The notes beneath the pieces are model-generated. The model was not told the DNA's origin, ran no database searches, and saw only the letters and a list, made by a program, of their open reading frames with translations. From an uncultured Candidatus Saccharibacteria bacterium (GTDB taxonomy: Bacteria > Patescibacteriota > Doudnabacteria > UBA920), in contig CAZVXT010000002.1 in NCBI GenBank assembly GCA_964631145.1, forward strand, positions 1,140 through 65,139: DNA of 64,000 bases. The letters run 5' to 3'. A program made the translations under genes and the position numbers. Positions 17,501 to 25,447 of this stretch are shown here, piece after piece (the first letter of the stretch is position 1; every line of letters begins with the position of its first letter).

Positions 17501-17590
17501 GGATTTGCAGCAGCCGCGGCTTCAGTTCTTGGTACAGAGCAGTTTAAGGTTTGTAGACTTGACGATCCTTACTGTGAAGCTTGCCAGTAG
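14588..17590 (+). CDS. nrdA: Ribonucleoside-diphosphate reductase alpha subunit (class I) with an N-terminal ATP-cone and an unusually long low-complexity C-terminal extension ending in CxxC.
   Basis: It carries an ATP-cone N-terminus, catalytic-core motifs (e.g. 'NLCTEI', 'SNCMAIAPTATIS'), and the C-terminus '...CRLDDPYCEACQ'. A beta-subunit gene follows. Confidence 0.9.
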   Translation: MFYTKHTQIKKRSGDVVSFDPQKIYIAVSRAYQAVTKQENQPLYQEVTLAVLLELDQNYADRLPSVEDIQNIVEKELMAKGLFDVAKDYIIYRYEHAKQREEKKIETLEKLVTIGLTITKRNGNKEVFSSDKVRKTLSHFIGGYEKEIDLDAVVTQLGMEIYDDITTAEIERALIMVLRSYAELDPAYSYVAARALLNRAYKQVIGFDKIDFNNLDNQLRDQLKLSIQNGVAIGKLDPKLLLFDIDRLAAALNRERDNYHTYLSAQTLIDRYFISNPVTKDLYEVPQLFWMRVAMGLSLNEANKEEAAIQFYSIMSTLHFVPSTPTLFHAGTTRPQLSSCYLTTIEDSLDHIFKSISDNAQLSKWSGGIGNDWTKVRGTGSLIKGTGVESQGTIPFLKIANDTTVAINRSGKRRGATCAYMETWHYDIEDFLELRKNTGDERRRTHDMNTANWVPDLFIKRVKSDGMWTLFSPDETPDLHELYGQAFERRYEAYEQMVDEGKIRTFKRMPAKDLWRKMLTMLFETGHPWITFKDPSNVRSPQDHCGVVHSSNLCTEITLNTSAEETAVCNLGSVNLAKHITGGKLDMARLQYTVATAMRMLDNVIDLNFYPTIEARNSNMKHRPVGLGVMGFHDALYMQGINFDSEAMLEFADRCGEAVAYYSILGSSQLAAERGSYASFRGSKWDRGLLPLDTLDLYEKERGVPIDVPRTSTLDWSIVRESIAKYGMRNSNCMAIAPTATISNIAGSIPSIEPIYKNIYVKANQSGDFIVVNEYLINDMKAAGLWNPQMLAMLKYNDGNLAAIPDIPQELRDKYKEVFQIDPRWLVKAAAYRGKWIDQSQSLNIFYGGKSGKDINDIYLYAWDMGVKTTYYLRTMAASQVEKSTVNTSEFGNTHLRGQNIEVETMVVTATENSAQIVDVVETVSASSTNPEPQIQKTVEKYEVPAVTEQQSTGNNTIKVEPSLNAGMVNGGFAAAAASVLGTEQFKVCRLDDPYCEACQ

Positions 17591-17596
17591 GCGATA

Positions 17597-17713
17597 GGTT
17601 TACATTTTTCGATAACTACTTCGTTGTAAATTCCGTTCCTCGTTCGACGTAGTTATTACTACGTCTCACTCAGTACTCATTTACGCCTCGTATTTATTCG
17701 AAAAATGTAAACC
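17597..17713. repeat. Nested palindrome between nrdA and nrdB. A 15-bp perfect outer IR encloses a 12-bp inner IR.
   Basis: ggtttacatttttcg (17597-17611) pairs with cgaaaaatgtaaacc (17699-17713). The inner ataactacttcg (17612-17623) pairs with cgacgtagttat (17645-17656) with one mismatch. Confidence 0.5.
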
Positions 17714-17816
17714 TTAATGTATGCCTCAAACTATACAGTTTCATATAGAGAAAATTAATCAGAAATTATTTTTCATAAAGAGAAGTAAGATCAATAATTA
17801 GAAGACTATTAATAAA

Positions 17817-18851
17817 ATGCCAATTTCAAAAACAGATCAGAGAGTAAATATAAATGACCGCCGTATTATTAACGGTACTGATGCTGATGTAATTCAGCTA
17901 TATCCAATGAAGCATAAGTTTGCTTGGGAAGCATATAATGCGGGCAATGCTAACCATTGGTTGCCTACAGAAATTAGTATGCAAAAAGATATCGAGCAAT
18001 GGAAGTCTTCCGCAGTTCTTAGCGACGAAGAGCGCCGTGCCTTCGAAACAGTGCTTGGATTTTTTACCACAGCCGATTCTATCGCTGCGAATAATATTGT
18101 GATGGCAACATACAAGCACATCACTTCTCCAGAATGTCGCATGTATTTGCTGCGTCAGGCTTATGAGGAAGCCATTCATACTCATGCATATCAATATATT
18201 GTAGAGAGCTTAGCTTTGGATGAAGGAAAGATTTTTAATATGTATCGCGAAGTGGGGGCTATTTATGATAAAGCTTCTTTCGTTTTGACTTTTAATGAAG
18301 GTATTTTTGATCCAAATTTTAAAACAGGAACTCTTCAATCTGATCAAAAGTTCTTAGAAAACATTGTTGTCTTTTCTTTAATTATGGAAGGTATTTTCTT
18401 CTATAGCGCATTTGCTGTTATGTTTGGATTCCAACGTCAAAACAAAATGGTAGGTAGTGCAGAGCAAATCCAATACATCATGCGTGACGAATCTCAGCAT
18501 CTTAACTTTGGTATCAATTTGATTAATACAATCAAAGAAGAACAACCAGAAGTGTGGACTCCAGAGTTTCAGCAACACATCATTAACTTGGTTAAAGAAG
18601 CTGCTGTTATGGAATATACTTTTGCTCAAACTGTTTTCCCTAAAGGTATTTTTGGTATGAATGCTGAAGGTTTTAAGCAGTACATTGAACATATTGCAGA
18701 CCGTCGTTTAAATAGCATTGGCTTGTCAAGTCAATTTAATGTTCAAAATCCTTTCCCATGGATGAGCGAAGCTGTGGATCTTAACAAAGAAAAGAACTTC
18801 TTCGAAACTCGCGTTACCGAATACCAAACCGGCGGTACTTTAGATTGGTAA
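17817..18851 (+). CDS. nrdB: Ribonucleoside-diphosphate reductase beta subunit (class I, ferritin-like di-metal).
   Basis: Metal-ligand motifs 'EAIHTHAYQYI' and 'MRDESQHLNFG' are present, and the C-terminal tail has the typical R2 length. Confidence 0.85.
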   Translation: MPISKTDQRVNINDRRIINGTDADVIQLYPMKHKFAWEAYNAGNANHWLPTEISMQKDIEQWKSSAVLSDEERRAFETVLGFFTTADSIAANNIVMATYKHITSPECRMYLLRQAYEEAIHTHAYQYIVESLALDEGKIFNMYREVGAIYDKASFVLTFNEGIFDPNFKTGTLQSDQKFLENIVVFSLIMEGIFFYSAFAVMFGFQRQNKMVGSAEQIQYIMRDESQHLNFGINLINTIKEEQPEVWTPEFQQHIINLVKEAAVMEYTFAQTVFPKGIFGMNAEGFKQYIEHIADRRLNSIGLSSQFNVQNPFPWMSEAVDLNKEKNFFETRVTEYQTGGTLDW

Positions 18852-18866
18852 TATCCAGCTTAAACT

Positions 18867-18893
18867 AACCCCTAGATTTTTCTAGGGGTTTTT
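18867..18893 (+). terminator. Intrinsic terminator after nrdB.
   Basis: aacccctag-atttt-tctaggggtt followed by TTT. Confidence 0.6.
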
Positions 18894-18939
18894 AGTATAA
18901 TTGATAGGCTTTAGAGTTTAGCAATAAGGAGGTCTTATT

Positions 18940-19017
18940 ATGAAAATATTACAAAAATTTTGGGATTTGATTAATCCTTTAAACTGGTGCCCATTTAACT
19001 GGCGAAATATTTTTTAA
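18940..19017 (+). CDS. Candidate small protein of 25 aa, Trp-rich, with a perfect Shine-Dalgarno sequence.
   Basis: AAGGAGG (18926-18932) lies 7 nt upstream of the ATG. The product is MKILQKFWDLINPLNWCPFNWRNIF. A hairpin terminator follows at 19024-19058. Confidence 0.3.
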   Translation: MKILQKFWDLINPLNWCPFNWRNIF

Positions 19018-19036
19018 CAATAAAAAAGCGTTGACC

Positions 19037-19783
19037 TTACGGCAACGCTTTTATTTTTTGCAGTGAACCATTCTTTGATAGTAAACTTTTAATTTCCGGG
19101 TGTTTATTGAGATATTTTTTTAAAGATAAAGGAATAATATTTACCTGGTCAATTACTTTAAGATTAGGAAAGCGCGAGCTAATATATTTATTGAGGATTG
19201 AGTAGTGTGTGCAACCTAAGATTATTGATTTAATTTTCTTATCTATATTTTTTTGTATAATACTTAAGGCTTGCTGGTTCGCAAGCTTTTTATTTTTAAA
19301 TTCTATTATTGCAGCTAAATCAGGCATTGCTTGTTGTATTAAATTTACATCTCCCAGTTTTTTTTGGAGCTCAATTTGGTAAACATTGCTGCGAACCGTG
19401 CTTGGTGTTGCAAGTAATAGACAAGGGAAGTCATGTTGTGTAATATTTTCTATAGTCGGTACTATCACTCCTAATACCTTTTTATCAGGATGGTATTTTG
19501 GTAGCCATTGTTGCTGGACATACCTTAGTGCTTTAGCTGATGCGGTATTGCAGGCTATGATAACTAGTTGGCATTTATGCTGAAATAATATTTCTAAGTT
19601 ATTGATTACAATCCTTCGCAATTGTGTCTGGGTTTTATCACCGTATGGCAAATTTTTTGTATCTGATAAAAAACAGTAAGAATATTGAGGTAAAATCTTT
19701 CTTACTGCCTTTAAAATTTGCAAACCTCCTTTGCCAGAATCAAAGAATCCAATATTGTATTTATTGCTTTGCATTTTATTCAA
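19037..19783 (-). CDS. murI: Glutamate racemase.
   Basis: Contains 'IGFFDSGKGGL', 'NLPYGDK', 'VIIACNTASA' and 'ILGCTHYS', the hallmarks of MurI. Confidence 0.85.
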   Translation of the reverse strand: MNKMQSNKYNIGFFDSGKGGLQILKAVRKILPQYSYCFLSDTKNLPYGDKTQTQLRRIVINNLEILFQHKCQLVIIACNTASAKALRYVQQQWLPKYHPDKKVLGVIVPTIENITQHDFPCLLLATPSTVRSNVYQIELQKKLGDVNLIQQAMPDLAAIIEFKNKKLANQQALSIIQKNIDKKIKSIILGCTHYSILNKYISSRFPNLKVIDQVNIIPLSLKKYLNKHPEIKSLLSKNGSLQKIKALP

Positions 19784-20252
19784 ACAATTTATCCAAATCT
19801 TTGGTGTGATTAATGTCTGTAGTTTTAATCAATCTAATAAAGTAATGCTTGGCAAGCTGATTAAGTTCGTTTTCTATGTCTGGAGCAAGAGTGTAAGGGG
19901 AGATCCAGATGCTATTCTGCCACTTTTTAAACCCTAATGATACCAGTTTGGCACGGAGTACGGTTCGTACTTGGCGCTGAGCTTCTGGTATGTCAAAAAT
20001 TACTAGTTTCCATACACCATCTCGTTCTTTGGCAATAGTATGCAGCACTATTTCTGCTTCTTCTCCCAAACTGTAACGATCGTTATTAAATTCTGTAAAT
20101 CCAATACTGTTTAGTCTAAACAAAGTATCGTAAACTTGTTTTTTGCTGTAATCGGGTGTGAAAATTTTGTAAAGCTGGTGCAGCATTTGCGGACCATGCT
20201 GTTTTATATACATTAAAATTTTTTGAGATAGCTCTGAAAGTGGTCGAGACAT
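19776..20252 (-). CDS. PaaX-like regulator: an N-terminal winged helix fused to a Cas2/VapD-like domain.
   Basis: The N-terminus 'LSQKILMYIKQHGPQMLHQLYKIF' is wHTH-like. The C-terminus 'DGVWKLVIFDIPEAQRQVRTVLRAKLVSLGFKKWQNSIWISP' resembles the Cas2-fold core seen in PaaX-family proteins. Confidence 0.35.
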   Translation of the reverse strand: MSRPLSELSQKILMYIKQHGPQMLHQLYKIFTPDYSKKQVYDTLFRLNSIGFTEFNNDRYSLGEEAEIVLHTIAKERDGVWKLVIFDIPEAQRQVRTVLRAKLVSLGFKKWQNSIWISPYTLAPDIENELNQLAKHYFIRLIKTTDINHTKDLDKLFE

Positions 20253-20366
20253 AATATAAATTTAACTATTTGTATATTAACCATTCTATTTTTTTGGCGC
20301 AACTCTTTTTTTAAAGAAATCCACTATTCATTTGTGGTATAATTTATTAGAAAGTTAGTAGTAATT

Positions 20367-21179
20367 ATGGCAACTTCTAATACACTTATAATAAAATTTC
20401 CACATCGAATATCTTTGTCTCATGCTTCCAAGCTAACAGGCTATCATCAAGACTATTTAGGTCAACTTTGTCGTGTTGGTAGGATCAAAGCTACAAAAAT
20501 TGGAAGAAATTGGTACACTACCCAAGCTGAACTTCAAAACTTAGTTAGTCCTCAAGATTTTGATGTCTCTCAATTTGGCACAGAAGTCGAAATAGAAAAA
20601 CCAATTTATAGCATAGATGGAATTAAACAAAAAATAGAACCAGAACCAGAACAGTCAGTGTCTGCCGTTAGTAAGGTAGTTATTAAACCTATTGCTACAA
20701 CACAAACAGATCGAAAGCAACATCATTTACAAAGCCTTGTTAACAGAATTAAACTGGATCAATTGCAAGAGCGTATTGAGAGGATCGAAGGCGCTGTTGA
20801 GAAGCTAGAGAATGTTGTAAGTAAGCAAGACCAAACTTTGTCAGAACTTGGAACTAAGCACTTTGTTCCTTTACAACATCGATACTCTCCAAATCTAGAG
20901 ATTTTTATAAAAGATAGTCAAGGTATTAACGAGATGCTTATGCCTAAAAACCAGAATAAGATAATTGATCAAGATGAACATGATACTTGGTCTTTGCTAG
21001 ACTGGTTAAAATTTGTAGCTACTGCAGGATTTGCAGCAGTGGTGATGATTCTAATAATTTCTAGTATTACACACACAAGCAATCAGACATCAACTGCAAT
21101 ATATCAGAACCATAATATACTTTCAGGTAGTGTGGCTGGTGTGGTAGATGACTTGCAGGGCGGCATACAAAATAAGTAG
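20367..21179 (+). CDS. Membrane-anchored HTH protein: an excisionase/MerR-type HTH, a coiled coil, and a C-terminal TM.
   Basis: 'ISLSHASKLTGYHQDYLGQLCRVGRIKATKIGRNWYTTQAEL' is HTH_17-like. A coiled-coil stretch 'LDQLQERIERIEGAVEKLENVV' is followed by the TM segment 'FVATAGFAAVVMILIISSI'. Confidence 0.55.
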   Translation: MATSNTLIIKFPHRISLSHASKLTGYHQDYLGQLCRVGRIKATKIGRNWYTTQAELQNLVSPQDFDVSQFGTEVEIEKPIYSIDGIKQKIEPEPEQSVSAVSKVVIKPIATTQTDRKQHHLQSLVNRIKLDQLQERIERIEGAVEKLENVVSKQDQTLSELGTKHFVPLQHRYSPNLEIFIKDSQGINEMLMPKNQNKIIDQDEHDTWSLLDWLKFVATAGFAAVVMILIISSITHTSNQTSTAIYQNHNILSGSVAGVVDDLQGGIQNK

Positions 21180-21274
21180 GTTGTGGGTAATGTTGATGTT
21201 TTTTACAAACTTAGTGCTATAATTAATATATACGTAAAATAAAAACTAATATTTTATAAGAAAGGATTTTTTTA

Positions 21275-21856
21275 ATGTCAGGAGACATGAATAACAAACC
21301 TTTGACAGGCGATATGCCAAGTCAAATGCATAAATATGGTAATCGCAGTAACTTACCTTGGGTAATACTCGCAGTTATTATATTATTAGTCATCGTAGGA
21401 GCTGTGTTGTTTAGAGATAGATTATTCCCTAAATCAGAAATGATGGGTCAAAACTCTAAACAAGAAGAGAAGAGTTCTGGATACCAAGCTGTATTCTTAA
21501 CAAATGGACAAGTTTACTTCGGTAAATTATCTGATATGAGCGCTAGCTATGCAACCTTAAAAGATATCTATTACCTACAAGTTACTCAACCACCTCTACA
21601 AGGTTCTCAGAACGGACAACAACAGCAACAACAAAACCAATTAGCATTAGTTAAACTTGGTAATGAGTTGCATGGTCCAGTTGATACAATGAAGATTAAC
21701 AGAGATCAAATCTTGTTCTTCGAAGATATCAAAGAAGATGGTAGAGTTGTACAAGCAATTCGTGAATATCAAAAGAATCCACCACCTGCTAACAACAACC
21801 AAACTCAACAACAATCTACAACCCCAGCTACACAAACACCTACTGGAACTAAATAA
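21275..21856 (+). CDS. Hypothetical membrane protein with Gln/Thr-rich low-complexity regions.
   Basis: It has an N-terminal TM 'WVILAVIILLVIVGAVLF' and a poly-Q stretch 'QNGQQQQQQNQ'. A terminator follows at 21864-21886. Confidence 0.5.
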   Translation: MSGDMNNKPLTGDMPSQMHKYGNRSNLPWVILAVIILLVIVGAVLFRDRLFPKSEMMGQNSKQEEKSSGYQAVFLTNGQVYFGKLSDMSASYATLKDIYYLQVTQPPLQGSQNGQQQQQQNQLALVKLGNELHGPVDTMKINRDQILFFEDIKEDGRVVQAIREYQKNPPPANNNQTQQQSTTPATQTPTGTK

Positions 21857-21912
21857 TCAATTTAACCCCTTCATAGAAGGGGTTTTGATTTAATTAAGAT
21901 AACTTATAAAAT

Positions 21913-21940
21913 AAAAATCTCCGCATAAGCGGAGTTTTTT
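21913..21940 (-). terminator. Intrinsic terminator downstream of rplT.
   Basis: On the minus strand: aaaaaactccgc-ttat-gcggagatttt. Confidence 0.55.
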
Positions 21941-21941
21941 A

Positions 21942-22292
21942 TTATGCTGCTGCAACTTCTTTAACCATCTTATCAAATGCTTTTGGCATTCTGATTGCAA
22001 GTTCTGATAACATTTTTTTGTTAACAGTAATGCCTTGCTTTTTAAGGCGGTAAGAGAATTTGCTCCAGGTTGTATCGTTTTCACGAAGAGCTGCACCTAG
22101 TCTTAGTAACCATAATGCACGCATATCGCGTTTCTTAGTGCGACGATCTCTGTAAGAGTAAGAGTCAGCTTTTAAAAGAGCTTGTCTTGCTGATGCAAAG
22201 TTTGTAGAACGGCGGTTATCAAAACCTTTAGCTCTTTTTATAAGATTTTTACGGCGTTTGTGTGCTGCAACGCCACGTTTAATTCTTGTCAT
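21942..22292 (-). CDS. rplT: 50S ribosomal protein L20.
   Basis: 'MTRIKRGVAAHKRRKNLIKRAKGF...YRDRRTKKRDMRALWLLRLGAA' is a strong L20 signature. Confidence 0.9.
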   Translation of the reverse strand: MTRIKRGVAAHKRRKNLIKRAKGFDNRRSTNFASARQALLKADSYSYRDRRTKKRDMRALWLLRLGAALRENDTTWSKFSYRLKKQGITVNKKMLSELAIRMPKAFDKMVKEVAAA

Positions 22293-22295
22293 AGA

Positions 22296-22490
22296 TTATT
22301 TGTGAACAATTAAAGAGTTAATTCGACTGTTGTCTGTGCTTAGTGAAGTGTCACGGCGTTTGTTGGTTGTTACTTTGCCAGTTTCGCGAGAGTTGAAATG
22401 ATCTTGACCACTAACTCTGTGCATGACTTTTCCAGAAGCTGTTTTTCGGAAGCGCTTTGCAGTTCCTTGATGGGTTTTTGCTTTCGGCAT
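22296..22490 (-). CDS. rpmI: 50S ribosomal protein L35.
   Basis: 'MPKAKTHQGTAKRFRKTASGKVMHR' is the L35 N-terminal signature. The gene sits in the classic infC-rpmI-rplT order. Confidence 0.85.
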   Translation of the reverse strand: MPKAKTHQGTAKRFRKTASGKVMHRVSGQDHFNSRETGKVTTNKRRDTSLSTDNSRINSLIVHK

Positions 22491-22526
22491 ATTTATAAAA
22501 TTATTTTGTGAAATTAAAGTTATTTA

Positions 22527-23033
22527 CTACTTTGTAGGTGCAATGGTCATGCTTAGTGTGTTACCAGCTTTCTTTTTTTCAACTTCAACTCTATAGGGGA
22601 CAGTTAAAGCTGTAATAAAGGTTTCAAGCTGTTTTTCTGCAACACTGATAAATGCTTGTTCTCGACCACGCATGCGTAATTCTAGTTTTACCCAGTCTCC
22701 ATCGCTTAAAAATTCATCTGCCTTTTTGGATTTATTTTGAATATCTCCTAAAGCAATCTTTGTACTTAAGCGAATGGTTTTGACTTCAACTTTTTTGACC
22801 TTCTTTTTTTGCTGTTGTTCTAGCTTTTTCTGTTGATATTTAAATTTATCAAAGGCCATAAGTTTTACTACTGGAGGCTTTGCATTAGGGGAAATTTCTA
22901 TTAAATCTAGACCATGTTCTTCCGCAAGTGCGAGAGCTTTGTCTATAGAAATAATGCCTAATTGCTCACCTTCGTCATTTAATAGACGAACTTCCGGAGC
23001 AGTAATTTGTTTATTTATTCTTGTTTTAAACAA
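22527..23033 (-). CDS. infC: Translation initiation factor IF-3.
   Basis: Contains 'INKQITAPEVRLLNDEGEQLGIISIDKALALAEEHGLDLIEISPNAKPPVVKLMAF' and the C-terminal 'ELRMRGREQAF'. Confidence 0.85.
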   Translation of the reverse strand: MFKTRINKQITAPEVRLLNDEGEQLGIISIDKALALAEEHGLDLIEISPNAKPPVVKLMAFDKFKYQQKKLEQQQKKKVKKVEVKTIRLSTKIALGDIQNKSKKADEFLSDGDWVKLELRMRGREQAFISVAEKQLETFITALTVPYRVEVEKKKAGNTLSMTIAPTK

Positions 23034-23156
23034 TTTTTTGGGTAATTAATAACCATTAACTACGCTAAATTATAACTTTTATTAACAATTTTGTCAAAAC
23101 CTGTTTTTATGAGATAATTATTATAAAGATTCTGCAGTATTGTCTATAAAATATTT

Positions 23157-24563
23157 ATGTCGTTAGGCAATGCTCTCATTGATTATAGAAACAAAATGCA
23201 AAAAAAACCACTAGTTACTAAAATTGCTGAAGCGCCAGCAAGGGCTTTGGAAAATGCTGTTTTATCTAGCGAAAAAGCTTTATCAACCATTAACCGACCT
23301 TTTAAGCAGGTTGAAGGATTTTGGTATGCCCTCGGACCAGGATTAATTACTGGTGCTTCTGACGACGATCCAAGTGGTGTTGCTACTTATTCTCAGACAG
23401 GTGCAAAATACGGACTGTCTTTGTTATGGTTAGCTCCTTTAACATTTCCTTTGATGAGTGTGATTCAAGAAATGTGCGCCCGAATTGGTATGGCAACCGG
23501 TAGAGGGCTTGCAGCCAATATTAGGTTAAAATATTCAGCAAAGATTTTATATGTTTTAGCGGCAATGTTGTTTTTTACTAACACTTTCAATTTGGCTGCA
23601 GATATGGGAGCAATGGCAGAGGCAACAAAATTGATGTTTCCTTCTACTAATACAGTTGTAACGCTAGTTGTTTTTGCGATAGTAAGTTTGGGTTTGCAGA
23701 TTTTTGTTTCTTACTCTGGTTACGCTAAGGTATTGAAGTACTTAACTTTTGTTTTGCTTCTATATATTGCTACGGCACTTACTTTGCCAAATTTATCTTG
23801 GGCAAATATTTTTCACCAAACAATTTGGCCAAATATTACATGGAGTAAAGATTTGTTTATTATGATATGTGCTATTTTGGGTACAACTATATCTCCATAT
23901 TTGTTTTTCTGGCAGACTTCACAAGAAGTAGAGGAGCGTAAACAGCAAGGACACTTAAACCTTAAATTGCGTCATCAATCCTTAAAAAAAGAAGAAGTAA
24001 GTAGAATGCGCTTCGATGTTGTAGCTGGGATGTTTTTTTCAAATTTGGTCATGTACTTTATTATTGTTACTTGCGCCTCGGTATTATTTCCACAAGGTAT
24101 AGTAGTAGAAAGTGCTGCACAAGCTGCAGAAGCATTAAGACCATTAGCTGGAAATGAAGCTTATACCTTGTTTGCTTTAGGTATTATCGGAACTGGATTA
24201 TTAGCTGTACCTGTTTTATCTGGAAGCGCTGCATATGCACTAGCGGAAAGTTTTAAATGGTCCTCAGGTTTTAGTAAAGGACTTAAGCATGCGTATGCTT
24301 TTTATGGCGTGATTATAATTGCCATGCTGTTAGGGTTGTTATTTAATCTGTTTGGATTTAATCCAATAAAGATGTTAATTTACTCTGCAGTTTTAAATGG
24401 TATATTGGCTCCGGTAATAATTTATTTTTTGGTCAAAATTTCTGCTGATAAAGAGATTATGGGAAAATGGGTAAATGGTAAATTTGCCAACATTGTCGGA
24501 TCTTTAGTTTTTGTCTTAATGTCTCTTGCAGCAGTTGCTGCTATTTACTCAATTTTTATATAA
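23157..24563 (+). CDS. NRAMP-family divalent cation transporter with a non-canonical metal-binding site.
   Basis: 'GPGLITGASDDDPSGVATYSQTGAKYGLSLLWL' aligns to the NRAMP TM1 motif, but it has DDPSG where DPGN is expected. The TM6 segment 'GTTISPY' replaces the canonical A-x-M-P-H. The protein is 468 aa with ~11 TMs. Confidence 0.75.
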   Translation: MSLGNALIDYRNKMQKKPLVTKIAEAPARALENAVLSSEKALSTINRPFKQVEGFWYALGPGLITGASDDDPSGVATYSQTGAKYGLSLLWLAPLTFPLMSVIQEMCARIGMATGRGLAANIRLKYSAKILYVLAAMLFFTNTFNLAADMGAMAEATKLMFPSTNTVVTLVVFAIVSLGLQIFVSYSGYAKVLKYLTFVLLLYIATALTLPNLSWANIFHQTIWPNITWSKDLFIMICAILGTTISPYLFFWQTSQEVEERKQQGHLNLKLRHQSLKKEEVSRMRFDVVAGMFFSNLVMYFIIVTCASVLFPQGIVVESAAQAAEALRPLAGNEAYTLFALGIIGTGLLAVPVLSGSAAYALAESFKWSSGFSKGLKHAYAFYGVIIIAMLLGLLFNLFGFNPIKMLIYSAVLNGILAPVIIYFLVKISADKEIMGKWVNGKFANIVGSLVFVLMSLAAVAAIYSIFI

Positions 24564-24598
24564 AATAAAACAACCTAATTAGGTTGTTTGTAATTATA

Positions 24599-24889
24599 TT
24601 ATTGAAGTTCACCAACATAATACTTTTCTTGTTCTTTCCAGCAAAGCACTGCCGATTCTTGAGTATTACCTTGTCTAGGAACTTTCCATTCTTTGCCCTC
24701 CGACGCATATTGTCTGCTGTCATCTACACGGCAATTGTATAAAAGTTCGCCGTTTACATCTACTAAAGTATAATACTTCCCGACATAAGCTCCGCCAGGG
24801 AATCCTTCGTTGTAAGGAAATCCTGACATATCTCTTTTTCTAGTTAAGCATCGTAAATCCCAATTAGGACTTTTTTGTAATTCTGCCAT
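24599..24889 (-). CDS. Hypothetical protein.
   Basis: 96-aa ORF flanked by terminators; no recognisable motif. Confidence 0.45.
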   Translation of the reverse strand: MAELQKSPNWDLRCLTRKRDMSGFPYNEGFPGGAYVGKYYTLVDVNGELLYNCRVDDSRQYASEGKEWKVPRQGNTQESAVLCWKEQEKYYVGELQ

Positions 24890-24924
24890 AATGCTCCATT
24901 TGAAAAATGTTTAACCTTGATTTT

Positions 24925-25233
24925 TTAGTTATTTTTTAGGTAATAGGCACTGAATATTGCCAATCCATAGTAAGCAATGCCAAAAATTATAAATAGTGTT
25001 ATTAAATAAGAGGGCAATTCATAATATGTATTATAATAATATCCGGCAATTGCAACTGCGAATGCAATTGCTTCTATTACTATTCTTAAGGTGTTTTTTA
25101 TTTTTCCAGTAACGGCTAGTGTGCTTAATGTTATTAAGCTTATCGTAGCTAAATAATAGTTTAAGCTATAAATAGCCAAAAGTAATCCCATTACTCTAAA
25201 TAATACTACAGCAGTTGATGTAAATATTCTCAT
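24925..25233 (-). CDS. Small polytopic membrane protein.
   Basis: 102 aa with three hydrophobic helices and a Tyr-rich sequence. Confidence 0.45.
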   Translation of the reverse strand: MRIFTSTAVVLFRVMGLLLAIYSLNYYLATISLITLSTLAVTGKIKNTLRIVIEAIAFAVAIAGYYYNTYYELPSYLITLFIIFGIAYYGLAIFSAYYLKNN

Positions 25234-25447
25234 ATTTCCTCCATATTTTTAAAGACTTATTCAAATCCAAATATTCTTTGGATTTAATATCCTAACATTA
25301 TTTGACTAAAAAGTCAATGCTATTTATTTGGCATATTTTATTTTAATACCCTTGACAAATAGCTTAAAAAAACTTATTTTAATAAATCTGGAAGATTTGC
25401 TGAAAGGCAATTATTTTAGCAGATAAAAATAAATTTAGGAGGAAGTT

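Noticed and set aside
17590-17817. Group I intron or intein/homing-endonuclease remnant between nrdA and nrdB.
   Set aside because: The spacer is only 227 nt and AT-rich outside the palindrome, and it has no ORF and no P-element-like conserved cores. A nested hairpin or attenuator is the simpler reading.
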